Source of the DNA: Anthoceros angustus
Taxonomy: Eukaryota > Plantae > Anthocerotophyta
Reading direction: 5' to 3'
Assembly (NCBI GenBank): GCA_010909165.1
Contig: VJWM01000044.1
Location: 1,674,001 to 1,738,000, forward strand
Length of the DNA: 64,000 bases
Shown: in pieces, positions 52,371 through 64,000 of the stretch
Numbering within the stretch: the first letter of the stretch is position 1
Layout: each line of letters begins with the position of its first letter
Program-made: the position numbers and the translations under genes
Notes under the pieces: model-generated
The model's database searches: none
What the model was told of the DNA's origin: nothing
What the model saw: only the letters and a program-made list of their open reading frames with translations

Positions 52371-53445
52371 TTTCTTGTCTCGGAATAGATGGGATTTCTC
52401 ATCTCTTTTTTAAGATTACATAAAAGTGTCCATTTAAACCTCTAACGAGAAAGTTTTCTTAGTTAGGCATACTTTTCTTTCTCATTATTTTTTTTCTTCC
52501 TTTTTAGCAAATTCAGAGACTTTATAGATATTTCAAAGTATTGATCGAAATCCCCTACTTAGTTTTTTTCATGTGGAGTAGCCCTGTAGGGCACTAACAA
52601 CAGATGACTCTGCACACTGCAAGGACAAGGGCAGGATTTTCATAACAAGTTACTTCGTTTTATTTTTACTCATGATTTTGACTATCATCCTTGTGCACTA
52701 CAACTCGACTGGCAACTTAGTATCTATCACCATTGCCATGTCTTTGAAACAATGGGCTTTATCATATTCCAATAGTGCCAGGTCACCACGATTGGGCAGA
52801 ATCGCCTAGCAAAGGAGTTAGGGGAAGTGCATGGCACTGGCGCATGTCCAAGTCATGCGCCCTGTATTTCTAACAAAACCCTACAAAGTAAGATTCCCCA
52901 CCCTCTTTCATTTTTCTCCCTCTTCATCCTACAACAATCATTACAATGAATTGTCCGAACCGTATATTAATCACCACCTCAAAGTCTTTCAAGTTCCAAA
53001 TCCATGTAAGCGACTAATTTTACACTTGTAATTATTTGCTACATATACATTGCTTTGTAGATGTCATGTTAATCCAAGTATAGATAATATGTTTATCATG
53101 ATTAGATATCATAAATTATTTTTAAATTCTTTTGATAAAATTTTTATACATAAATCTTAATTCATGAAGTTGGTTGATTGTAACCTACCCAAAACAATTA
53201 TAAGATCCAATATCATCACTCGACAAGGTATTGACAAGTCCACGTCTAATTTAATCAGAATCAACCTAACAAATTTAGAGGCTGTATGAAATGTGGCTGA
53301 TCTTCATAGAAGAGTGATTAAGATGCAGGATTAATACTAAGAATGAAAGGTGCATGTAAAAGACATATTTTTTGCAATGGGACCAGACAGTTGGCACAAG
53401 AACCTAAAATTTTGCAAGAAGAACAGTTCATCGACGAGCAGTTAT

Positions 53446-54207
53446 TTGGGAGCTTGACATTAAGGACGATTCACGTAGTTACTTGGGAGCTTGACATTAA
53501 GGACGATTCACGTAGTTACTTGGGAGCTTGACATTAAGGATGATTCACGTAGTTACAGTAGGCCCCCCCTAATTGGGAACTCTATAAATGGGATTCCTCT
53601 CTAACTGGGACCTCCCATCCTACTCCCTTTAGTTTACAATGTAACAAATGGGACTTTTCCCTAAGTGATAATTGGGACCTTTTCAAACATACATTCATGT
53701 TAGTTTCACCTCCCTAAATAGGGTTTCTAATTTTTTTTACTAAAACGAATTAAAAAAAGAAAGGAAAAAGAATCGATTATTTCAGAGCACAATAGACTTT
53801 TAGGTGTGATTAAAGACTCTTCAGCTAAGCTTTTTCCTTTATGATAGGTAGAGGTTTTTTTATGCTGCTTAGAGAGAGAGTGCTAGCTTTCAAACAACTA
53901 TATAGAGAAGTGATAAAAGTTATTTTTAGTGAAACCTATCAATCAAAATTGAAATTTTCCTTTTTTGGGTATTTTTGATTTTTTAAATTTGATCATATTT
54001 TTATTATTGTTAAATAGGGAAAATATAATCGGGACACCTCCCTTTATGAGACCTCTAAAGGCACTCCGAACCAGTCCCAATAAGGGGGGGTGGACTGTAC
54101 TTGGGAACTTGACATTAAGGACGATTCACGTAGTTACTTGGGAGCTTGACATTAAGGACGATTCACGTAGTTACGTGGGAGCTTGACATTAAGGACGATT
54201 CACGTAG
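53446..54207 (+). repeat. 37-bp tandem array (TTGGGAGCTTGACATTAAGGACGATTCACGTAGTTAC), 3+3 copies split by a MITE
   Basis: Copies start at 53446, 53483, 53520 and at 54101, 54138, 54175. There are no spacers. Confidence 0.95.
53556..54097. mobile_element. Tc1/mariner-type MITE, 542 bp, CAGT...ACTG ends, TA target-site duplication
   Basis: The TIRs are CAGTAGGCCCCCCCTAATTGGGAACT and AGTCCCAATAAGGGGGGGTGGACTG. TA flanks both ends (53554-55, 54098-99), and the array resumes exactly after the second TA. Confidence 0.85.
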
Positions 54208-54910
54208 AGCTTAAGGACTAACATGGACGTTTATAATTAGAAGCACTTGAGAACATGCTATACTGGTGCCTTGCTCAGTAGCTAGGCATTCTTTTCAGAG
54301 TTCGCGCGCGTGAAGCTTAGTGGGTGTAGATCTTGCAGTTCACAAACTTATTGGCTTTGTAGATTGAACATGAAACTATAGCGTGAACTAAGTAATTGAA
54401 ACATTTGAATTACATTGCACTCTTGTGTGTTTATGTGATGTTTGGATCAAAACAAGTCACGAGATTGTTTTTTGAACATAGCTAGATCAGCAAAAGGCAT
54501 CCTTACAATCAAAAGAATTAGCTTTGCTATGATGAGCTAACATCACTAACGGCTTGAGCAAAGCATGAGTGCAAGAGATGATGATGGATTGTGCGGAGAA
54601 ATTTATGTTATCTTTGAACCCATACTTAGTAGGAAGACTAGTGAATTTTTGAAACAAAATACAAATAGAGAAAGAAAGGGGAAATGCGAGTGGAAGCAGC
54701 GTCGAAATTGGAGGAAAGGACTGAAGGAAGGCGCAAGTCACTCAGGCGAAGCACCCTCACGTTGGAGAAAAAGGAGAGAAGAAGCGGGTGGGAAGCAAGC
54801 CAGGGCTAACCTTGAGATTGTGTGATAGAGTTGCTTTCCACCAGGGGTGTTTTCTGGGCTGAGACACTAGAAGGGCGAGACAACTCGCAATTGGGGAGTA
54901 GCTCACTTCC

Positions 54911-55980
54911 TTGGCAGCATTTTGCGTGAAAAGGCGCCATGCCTCGGCTGCTAAGGCGGGGAAGGAACCGGCCAAGGGCTCGTCCTCAAGAGGAGGAAAA
55001 AGCGGGCGGCGAGGCTGCGCCGGAGGAGAAGATTTTGAGATGCCACAATTTACGTGCTGCGGGCAGCTCAATCCCAGGGACTTGGTGGATTTTAGGCAGT
55101 GGGCGGAAGAGGAGAACATCCAATTGGGATGGGTGTATGGCCGCCAGTGGGCCTACACCAATTTGGAATTGATTGAGGAGTGCTACATCAACCTCCATCA
55201 ATCGGAAGCAGCCCTTGCCGCGTTGCTTGCGGAGAGGAATGCTCGGACTGATCCTCGCTGCTGGACAGTGAGTATTTGTTAGGTGTATGGGAGATCGGAG
55301 GAGGAGAGCTCAGGAATTGCTCTCCTCGAGAGGACAAATGAAGAAAAGAGGATTTCCCTCTCCGAAATTCCGCAGGAGGTCCTGGATGTGATGGACGGAG
55401 GAGTGAAGGCCCACGCCAAGAATGGCTGGAAGACGGACAGTATCAAGGAGCTGAAGTAGAGGCTCTTTGCCAAAATTGTGCTGGGGTTGGCGAACTATCA
55501 ACGGACCTCTTATTTCAGCACCAACTTCCTCCAATTTTTGTGGAAGATTCTAGAGGCCAAGCCGGATTGGGGCACAATAATGTATGAGGCCTATATCCAT
55601 CACAAGGAGAAGCTCCTTAGGCCAAATTTTGTGGATGAAGAGGGGCCAAGGCCATGCTACCTCAGCACCTATTTGGTGCATTTGTGGGAGACGGAGGGGC
55701 TCCTAACCAGCAAGGAGCTTGAGGATGCTTGGCATCCTTTCGAGATTATCCACCTCCAGCCAAGCTTAGAGCGACCCTTGCCTTTCGCTCTAAGGAAGAC
55801 CATGGGAGGACAAACCTCCACAAGCACCCCAGGACCGAGAGCGGAGGAGGTGGAGGCAACGAGGTTGCCGAAGTGGGAGGCCTTTCCCCCACAAGAGCCA
55901 GGAAGAGAGGAGCAAAATCCGGCCATAGAGGGCCAGGTGGTAGTCTATGAGGGGACTACCACCGAGGGGGTGATGTGACC
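54911..55980 (+). mobile_element. Degenerate transposon-associated accessory ORF
   Basis: One reading frame with scattered stops: ...YTNLELIEECY...LFAKIVLGLANYQRT...KPDWGTIMYEAY...CYLSTYLVHLWETEGLLT. It resembles retroelement extra ORFs; the family assignment is an inference. Confidence 0.4.
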
Positions 55981-58243
55981 CCAAGGGTGGGAGGAGTCCC
56001 CACCATTTCGTGGGTGCCTAGGAAGAGGCACCCGGTGAGGTGTGGAGGGAAAACCCCGGGGCTTCCGAGGCTTCCCCCTCTAGCGGCCACGCTTATCCCT
56101 TTGTCGTTTCGTTTGTTGGGTTTCGTCCCATGAGACTTGTGTGAAAGATCTGAGTCTTGTGGAAAACAATCGCTACCTATAGTGACACAACTTCTCAGCC
56201 TTTTTAACAAGCAAGGCGCCCTCTACTCTCCCTCTTACAGCAGCTACACCACTTGCACTGCTCCGAAAAATCAGCAATCCTCGACCTACAACGACGCAAC
56301 ACAATTGCAGGTCCTGCCTTAGCAGCGAGGAGCCTATCACGGGCGCTCAGGGACCCCCTGACCCACACCGCAATTTCGTCCCTACTTCTAAGACCAATCT
56401 TCTCCACTCAGGGAGCGCCCTTTTACTTGCAGATTTCGGATTCGTCCCTTAGGCTCTGCCTGTGGCCTTCCATTAACACCTACACTCTAATCCTCTACTC
56501 ATCTCCTCCTCTTCCTCCTATTCTAACCTCAGTTCGGGCTTACTAGCCTCGGCTCGTCCTTACGGCACAACTGCCTGGGGTCGGCCTCCACCAGCAAGTT
56601 CTTCCTTGGGCCGGTTGCAATGAGTTTGACACTGACAATGAGAACCTGTGGAGTCTTTCCTGTAGTCTACCCTCAAGCCGAGAGTTCCACAGGCATTGCC
56701 ACACACCCAAAGCAAAGCAATTTCACGAACTAGTTATTCACAAGGAGCAACTCGTTTAGGCACTTCGAGGAGCAAGCCTCCACCAAGCACTCGACCACCG
56801 CGACTTTCTCTCTACGGACTGCGTTAGCTCCACACGAAATTCCTTTACAAGGGCAAAGGACTCATGAGTATGGAAGCGCAAGACGTGATACTTTACTTTG
56901 TGAAATCCTCCTCCTCTTATGAGGCCTATATCCATCAAGGAGAAGCTCCTTAGGCCAAATTCGTGGATGAAGAGGCCAAGGCCATGCTACCTCGCACCTA
57001 TTTGATGCATTTGTGGGAGGCGGAGGGCTCCTAACCAGCAAGGAGCTTGAGGATGCTTGGCATCCTTTCGAGATTATCCACCTCACCAAGCTTAGAGCGA
57101 CCCTTGCCTTTCGCTCTAAGGAAGACCATGGGAGGACAAACCTCCACAAGCACCCCAGGACCGAGAGCGGAGGAGGTGGAGGCAACGAGGTTGCCGAAGT
57201 GGGAGGCCTTGCCCCCACAAGAGCTAGGAAGAGAGGAGCAAAATCCGGCCATAGAGGGCCAGGTGGTAGTCTATGAGGGGCAGACTACCACCGTAGGGGT
57301 GACAGCCCCAAGGGTGGGAGGAGTCCCCACCATTTCGTGGGTGCCTAGGGAAGAGGCACCCCGGTAGGGAGGTGTGGGAGGGAAAACCCGGGGCTTGAGG
57401 CTTCCCCCTCTAGCGGCCACGCTTATCCCTTTGTCGTTTCGTTTGTTGGGTTTCGTCCCATGAGACTTGTGTGAAAGATCGGAGTCTTGTGGAAAACAAT
57501 CGCTACCTACAGTGACACAACTTCTCAGCCTTTTTAACAAGCAAGGCGCCCTCTACTCTCCCTCTTACAGCAGCTACACCACTTGCACTCAAAAATCGCA
57601 ATCCTCGACCTACAACGACGCAACACAATTGGGTCCGCCTTAGCGAGGAGCCTATCACGGGCGCTCAGGGACCCCCTGACCCACACCGCAATTTCGTCCC
57701 TACTTCTAAGACCAATCTTCTCCACTCAGGGAGCGCCCTTTTACTTGCAGATTTGGGATTCGTCCCTTAGGCTCTGCCTGTGGCCTTCCACTAACACCTA
57801 CACTCTAATCCTCTACTCATCTCCTCCTCTTCCTCCTATTCTAACCTCAGTTCGGGCTTACTGGCCTCGGCTCGCCCTTACGGCACAACTGCCTGGGGTC
57901 GGCCTACACACCAGCAAGTTCTTCCTTGGGCTGTAATGAGTTTGACACTGACAATGAGAACCTGTGGAGTCTTTCCTGTAGTCTACCCTCAAGCCGAGAG
58001 TTCCTCGGCATTGCCACACACCCAAAGCAAAGCAATTTCACGAACTAGTTATTCACAAGGAGCAACTCGTTTAGGCACTTCCGTGAGCAAGCCTCCACCA
58101 AGCACTCGACCACCGCGACTTCCTCTCTACCAGACGCTGCGTTGGCTCACAGCCGGCACGAAATTCCTTTACAAGGGCAAAGGACTCGCGAGTATGGAAG
58201 CGCAAGACGTGATACTTTACTTTGTGAAATCCTCCTCCTCTTA
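55585..58243 (+). repeat. ~1.33-kb tandem duplication (55585-56920 / 56921-58243)
   Basis: Both copies start GAGGCCTATATCCATCA and end GTGAAATCCTCCTCCTCTTAT. They differ mostly by small indels. Confidence 0.9.
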
Positions 58244-58881
58244 TAGGAGGCCTTCCACATACAACCTCCCTCGGGTGACCCTTCTGCAGGTCACCTTTTC
58301 CAATATCCTATTATTTCCTACCACCAGCATTTAAGGCCTAGCATCTAAGTCTACTGTCTGATTCTGGGTAAATTCTATTCTAGCAACTTCACCTAAGATC
58401 ATCCTTAAAGGATGTCAGTCTATCTCACCTATCCTTCCTATTCTCTCCTAGTTCATTTATGGCCTTTGACCATACCTAGTCCTAATCCTGCTGAGGTAGG
58501 GACGCGTCTCCTGTGGATTGGCTCTCTCGCCCTCTTTTTGCTCCTAACAGCATAATATTTGAAGCGGCTGAATATACAAAGCCGCTTCTGCAGAAAAAAA
58601 ACCAACTGCTGGAAAACATGGTGGGCACTGAATTCCACGATTTCCACGTTTTAATTTTCTTGGTGATGGTTCATTCCCTCCCTTCCCTACGGCATCAGCT
58701 ACTTTTCACATCGAGTGCGCACGGTTATGGTCGTAGTGTGCCCGAAAGGCCCCCAATGGTCTTCCGCGATATTGGTGAGCTTGTCGATCGATTTCACACC
58801 TACTTGGAAAGCAATACATAGCACTAAAAGCAATAAAAGATTAAAGGAATGTTTGCGGCGGCATGCGGCCTGAAAAGGTTT

Positions 58882-61350
58882 CTAAGTCGACACGCAATGT
58901 AACGAAATTTCCAATAACCTAACTACCAAAATCTTCGCCGGCTTGAGTCTCGGGTGGGCATTGCCCGACACGCTATCGAACACAACATCAACGCTTCGAG
59001 GAGGCGTTGTCGGGGTCCTCGAAGTTGTCGTTCTCGCATGGCATTCTCCACATCCAAGAGACGAGGAGGACTGGGTGTTGTAGTCTGATGGCACACGCTC
59101 CGTAGTTCTCCGCCCGTCATCAAGGATTTGCCCGTTTTCTCTTTCATCTGTTGAACCCCAAAGGTACGACTGTGCTATGAGTGACCCTTCTGACAAGCTT
59201 AATTCCTTTGCCCAGAATTGGGCAGGTCCTCGTCGGTGTGGCTCATGATTCAATTCCTCCTCAGCGTCTGGAAGTACCTCATATCCATGTATCCTTTGGG
59301 GAATGAATTCCGCACATCGTTTGTCCAAGTCCACGGCGATGCAATTGCGGCCACATAGCAGCGCTGCTAGGGTTGTCGTCCGCTTCCTGCACACGCATCT
59401 AATATCCAATCTCCTTCTTTGGAGAAGTTGTTGATCATCTTCTGCATCAACCCTAATGGCCTCTGATAAGCACATACCACGAGCTTGTCCAATGACATAT
59501 AAAGAAGCTTCTTGACGACAGTGTTGTGCCCAATGACTGCGCGACCATTATTGAACGAGCCAAGGACGGTGTTAGGTAACATTGAAACCTTGTTCTTCTT
59601 GCTGCCTGTAGTTACCCCCCACCCTACCGTGATGTACTCGACGGTATCATATCCACCTTGATCATTATGCATGTTAGTTTTGTCCCATACGAAGGAGACC
59701 ATCCCTCCACCAGTGCACCACTGTCGCATAGCCTCCCTCACAGTGTGCAGCTCTTCCACCCCATGCATAAATATCATGCGGATTTCCTCACAGCTCGTCA
59801 TGTCATGGAAAGAGTGAAATCATGCCCATCGTGTTTGGTCCATCTTTACATCATGCTTTCCTTGTTGAATCCCACAGGCACATCCATAACCAATAAAGTG
59901 TAATTCCTCTTAGTAAAACCCTCGGATGTCCAACACATCTCTCGCAACCACTTGGTATTTCACGATACACTCCGTCGTTGGAACAGTGAACGACTGCAGG
60001 CCTTCTTCCATGTCCATGTCAGCTAGGGTCCTTTGTTCGTTCTCCAGACCCTTCCATGTGTGCACTTCGATGAAAGCACGGAAGTCCTCGTAGTTTTTCA
60101 AATCCGCACATCTTTCACTTGCGCACCACCTTCCTCATCATGCATGCTTTTCCGCTTCTCATGGCCCCGACGCCTTCCCCACCCTACCTGTTGTTACAAC
60201 CAAACGAAAGGAAATGGTGGGGAGAGGGCGCCGGCATGCCGGCGCCTGTCCCCACTCCAATGAGTCTTAAAACAAATGACACGTACCTTTCCATCGAACG
60301 CTGTTTGAAACCGTGCAATAACATCATCCGAAGAGTGCATTGGGTATTCCTGCCTAACCATCTCGAAGGAGTCACATCCTAAGTGTTTCGCCATCGCCAC
60401 TTGGATGACATGAAGTTTCTTCCGCAGTATCACCTCCTTGGACATACCATTCAGGTCTAGTAAACCTGTCAAAACCTTTTCTCACACTAATCAGCATTTT
60501 CTCCCCTCCGGTGGAATTCCTTGAAGCTGCGCCATGGTTTCCTTGCATCTCTTTGGGCTTAACAAAACGCTTTCCAGTCTTCACCTCTTCTCCAACTGCG
60601 TTTGCCCTTGCTCTTCTTGCTAGTACTGCAACATGTTTGGCCCGCGAAGTTCCATCGCCTCCCACTTGGTGAAGATCGCCCACGTTTTCCCACACCTTTC
60701 CCTCCAGTTTGCTATGCATAGTATATGTGTCCGGTTGTCCACTTTGTTTTGCTTGTATTGCTCATCTTCCCGACCTTCGTCATCCTCTATCAGCCCAAGC
60801 ACCTTGTATAAATTGAACTTCCAGTTCATGCTCATTGTCACACCATCCCGCTTTGCAATCAAGTTCATCCACAGGTATCGACCTGCTCGATAAAGTTCAT
60901 CTTTTTCCTCTTGTCCGACATTGTGTTGTGGTCGGGTTGCGAACTCGCATCTCTGTAGAGTTAGCCCGCAATAGACATGGGCCTCCATCCATTGGAACCT
61001 TGCCTTCCCGGTGATATATCCGCAAGTCGCTTCATGGCGGCGTAAGTATGATTGCCTCCCAAGACCCCATAATATACTTCTTTGCGGAACTTTTCCGGTC
61101 TAATGTTTTGATATCCTGCGATCGGATGGGTCAATCATACAAAGCAAAGGCAGACACCTTCTTCAATACGACCCTTGAGATGACGCGAGCGTAGTTCGCC
61201 CAAGCCTCATCCACTTGACGAACCCGAGCATCCGAGTTAGAAACGGCGCCTCAAATTCTCGACGAGTAATCGCTTCGCACCACCTTCTTCGCATATGCAG
61301 ACTCACGACTTTCGCAAATAATCCTCATGCATCATAGACGCTTCGGTCTT
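58882..61350 (-). pseudogene. Frameshifted gene encoding a ParB/Srx-like domain plus a beta-class N6-adenine/N4-cytosine DNA methyltransferase (N6_N4_Mtase-like)
   Basis: ParB-like motifs: RVRQVDEAW (61226-61200), YYGVLGGNHTYAAMKRL (61074-61024) and AHVYCGL...HN. MTase motifs in beta order: YTLLVMDVPVG (motif IV-like, 59884-59870), FVWDKTN...VEY, YQRPLGLMQKMINNFSKEGDWILDACAGSG(T)TTLAALLCGRNCIAVDLD. A GT-AG intron lies at ~60285-60187. Confidence 0.8.
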
Positions 61351-61459
61351 TCTCCATCTGTTGAGACATGCAATGTTGGAATCTCATTGTTGTCGGTTCC
61401 CTTGGGACGCTTGAACTTTTCCGCTGCTCCTATCGAACGCGTTCCGCACTCCGGGACTG

Positions 61460-64000
61460 CTGCCCACCACCTTCCTCATCATGCATGCTTTTCCGCTTCT
61501 CATGGCCCCGACGCCTTCCTCCAACCGCAAGCCACAGGTTTTCTGGCGCGGCATGCCCCCTCTTCCGCCTCCTCCACTCCGCAGGGCGCGGCATGCCGGC
61601 GCCCCCTCTTCCGCCTCCTCAGAGGAGGCGGCATGCCGGCGCCCCCTCTTCCTCCTCACCATAGTCGAGGGCGCGGCATGCCGCCTCCCCTCTTCCTCCT
61701 CATCATGCATGCTTTTCCGCTTCTCATGGCCCCCTCTTCCTCCTCACCATAGTCGAGGGCGCCGGCATGCCCCCGGCGCCTCTTCCATGTAGCACAGGGA
61801 CTCCTCCCATGGTGCTTGGATGGCGACGACCTTGGAAGGAATCCGTAGCCGCAGCAAACCTCCCTCCATCACCCTCAGCCTCCCCATCATCCTCTTCAAA
61901 TGCCTCCGCATCCGAATGACCCAGAACTGGAATAGGCCCATCCTCCTCATCAAGGTCCGAACTGCCTCATTGTCTTCTACTTCCAAAGGCGAGTTTGGAA
62001 GTCCTGTCTTGTCCTCCTCGGTGACATCTCTCGATGACGGATAATGGAGCTCGTAATCACCTCACACAAGCACCAGAAATGTTCTCTCACTCATCATCAA
62101 AGAAGCACCGGGTCAACAATGCAATCAACGGTGGCGAATGCCTGGAATTAAGAAGTGTACTCACATTCTCAGCTCAACGCTGCTCGAAAAGTGCTGGACA
62201 ACTCCTTTGGCTCACATTTCTTCCTGTGCAAACATGCCACTTTCAACAGATACAGTGTAATCATCATCGACGATGCGGCAATGCGTCCACTTCATAAGGC
62301 CTTGAAGTGCAAAGAATCCAGCCTGGGTCTCGCCGCCCTCTTCCTCCTCACCATAGTCGAGGGCGCGGCATGCCCCTCTTCCTCCTCACCATAGTCGAGG
62401 GCGCCGGCATGCCGGCGCCCCCTCCCCTCTTCCATGTAGCACAGGGACTCCTCCCATGGTGCTTGGATGGCGACGACCTTGGAAGGAATCCGTAGCCGCT
62501 GCAGCAAACCTCCCTCCATCACCCTCAGCCTCCCCATCATCCTCTTCAAATGCCTCCGCATCTGAATGACCCAGCAACTCTGGAATAGGCCCATCCTCCT
62601 CATCAGAAGGTCCGAACTCTGCCTCATTGTCTTCTACTTCCAGTGCGAAGTTTGGAAGTCCCTGTCTTGTCCTCCTCAGTGACATCTCTCGGCGATGACG
62701 GATAATGGAGCTCGTAATCACCTCACACAAGCACCTGTAAAATGTTCTCTCACTCATCTCCACACCGTTATTCAATGCAATCAACGCTGGTGGCGAATGC
62801 TCTGGAATTAAGAAGTGTACTCACATTCTCAGCTCAACGCTGCTCGAAAAGTGCTGGACAACTCCTTTGGCTCACATTTCTTCCTGTGCAAACATGCCAC
62901 TTTCAACAGATACACAGTGTAATCATCTGACGATGCCGGCAATGCGTCCACTTCATAAGGCCTTGAAGTGCACAGAATCCGCAGTTCTGGGTCTCGCTGC
63001 CCTCCATCCAAAGTTGCCCAGGACCCATCCCGCCTTGCTCTCTGGTTTGCGGTGCACCGTTGAACCCAAAACCCAAAGCTTGATCGGGCGTCCATAGCAG
63101 TTTCTTCATCCGGCTCCTCCGTTTATGTCAACAACCATTCCTGCTGCAGAAGCATAGTGTCCTCAAGCTGGTTCATGTGCCTCCGCAGCATGCCTCCTCA
63201 TACGAGTATGGGAGGGAATTGATCTGGATTTCCCACCCTCAATCCTTTGGACAAGCTGGACTTCTCTCCACCACCAACTGTCTTTGTGGTGCTTGCCTTG
63301 AATTGAGTGACCGGACTTTGTCCGCCTCTTCCTGCTCCACCTCCACCTTGCTCAATTGGTTGGAAAGCATGTCCAGCCCCGAGGCGTAGATCGATCCGCG
63401 GAGGATCCGTGGTTCTCGATTTCGCCTCCTTCTTGCTTTTAGATTTCTTCGCCTCCGCGGCTTCTCAACAAGTCTCCGTGGTTAGGCCTCGCATCGGGAG
63501 GTCCTTCATCACGGCCCGCCATCATCCGTAGCCGCAGCAAACCTCCCTCCATCACCCTCGCCTCCCCATCATCCTCTTCAAATGCCTCCGATCCGAATGA
63601 CCCAGAACTCGGAATAGGCCCATCCTCCTCATCAAGGTCCGAACTCGCCTCATTGTCTTCTACTTCCGGTCGAAGTTTGAAGTCCTGTCTTGTCCTCCTC
63701 GGTGACATCTCTCGATGACGGATAATGGAGCTCGTAATCACCTCACACAAGCACCAGAAATGTTCTCTCACTGTCCATCACAGCAGCATAAGCATCAATG
63801 CAATCAACGGTGGCGAATGCCTGGAATTAAGAAGTGTACTCACATTCTCAGCTCAACGCTGCTCGAAAAGTGCTGGACAACTCCTTTGGCTCACATTTCT
63901 TCTGTGCAAACATGCCACTTTCAACAGATACAGTGTAATCATCCGACGATGCGCAATGCGTCCACTTCATAAGGCCTTGAAGTGCAAAGAATCCAGCCTG
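61460..64000 (-). repeat. Nested imperfect tandem repeats (~650-bp and ~1030-bp periods plus ~45-bp subrepeats) encoding acidic peptides, upstream of the ParB-MTase ORF
   Basis: CAAACCTCCCTCCATCACCCTC occurs at ~61855, ~62505 and ~63538, and GATAATGGAGCTCGTAATCACCTCACACAAGCACC occurs three times. The region runs off the window edge. Confidence 0.85.

Noticed and set aside
53446-54207. CRISPR-like array of 37-bp repeats
   Set aside because: The units are head-to-tail with no unique spacers, there are no cas genes, and the context is eukaryotic. The gap is a MITE.
58882-61350. Bacterial or phage contamination as the source of the methyltransferase
   Set aside because: It contains a GT-AG intron-like segment, carries eukaryote-style low-complexity repeats, and is contiguous with plant transposon sequence.

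Overview
Eukaryotic nuclear DNA from a seedless land plant. The evidence is short GT-AG introns, a flagellar CCDC39 gene and a single ZTL/FKF1-type gene; a bryophyte such as a liverwort is my inference. The gene-rich core (8-49 kb) holds a UDP-arabinose 4-epimerase (MUR4/UXE), a large disordered protein with a C-terminal XS-associated-type zinc finger, a 99-aa stand-alone PDCD4/Stm1-like motif protein, MAX2, an AT-rich GT29 sialyltransferase-like gene, CCDC39, an ALOG transcription factor, a proteasome beta7 pseudogene, ZTL/FKF1, PM-ANT1 and RAB3GAP2. Both ends are transposon- and repeat-rich. The main finding is at 58.4-64 kb on the minus strand: an intron-containing, frameshifted gene joining a ParB/Srx-like domain to a beta-class N6A/N4C DNA methyltransferase, accompanied by repeated GC palindromes. 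Other notable items: a cluster of ATG8-interaction-like motifs in a ~290-aa MAX2 insertion, a PPI1-like/retroviral-protease chimera, and a possible shared promoter with alternative splicing for PM-ANT1 and ZTL/FKF1. Exon boundaries were parsed by eye and homology calls come from recalled family motifs; no database searches were run. The 55-64 kb region shows many 1-bp indels between repeat copies, so some frameshifts there may be consensus errors.
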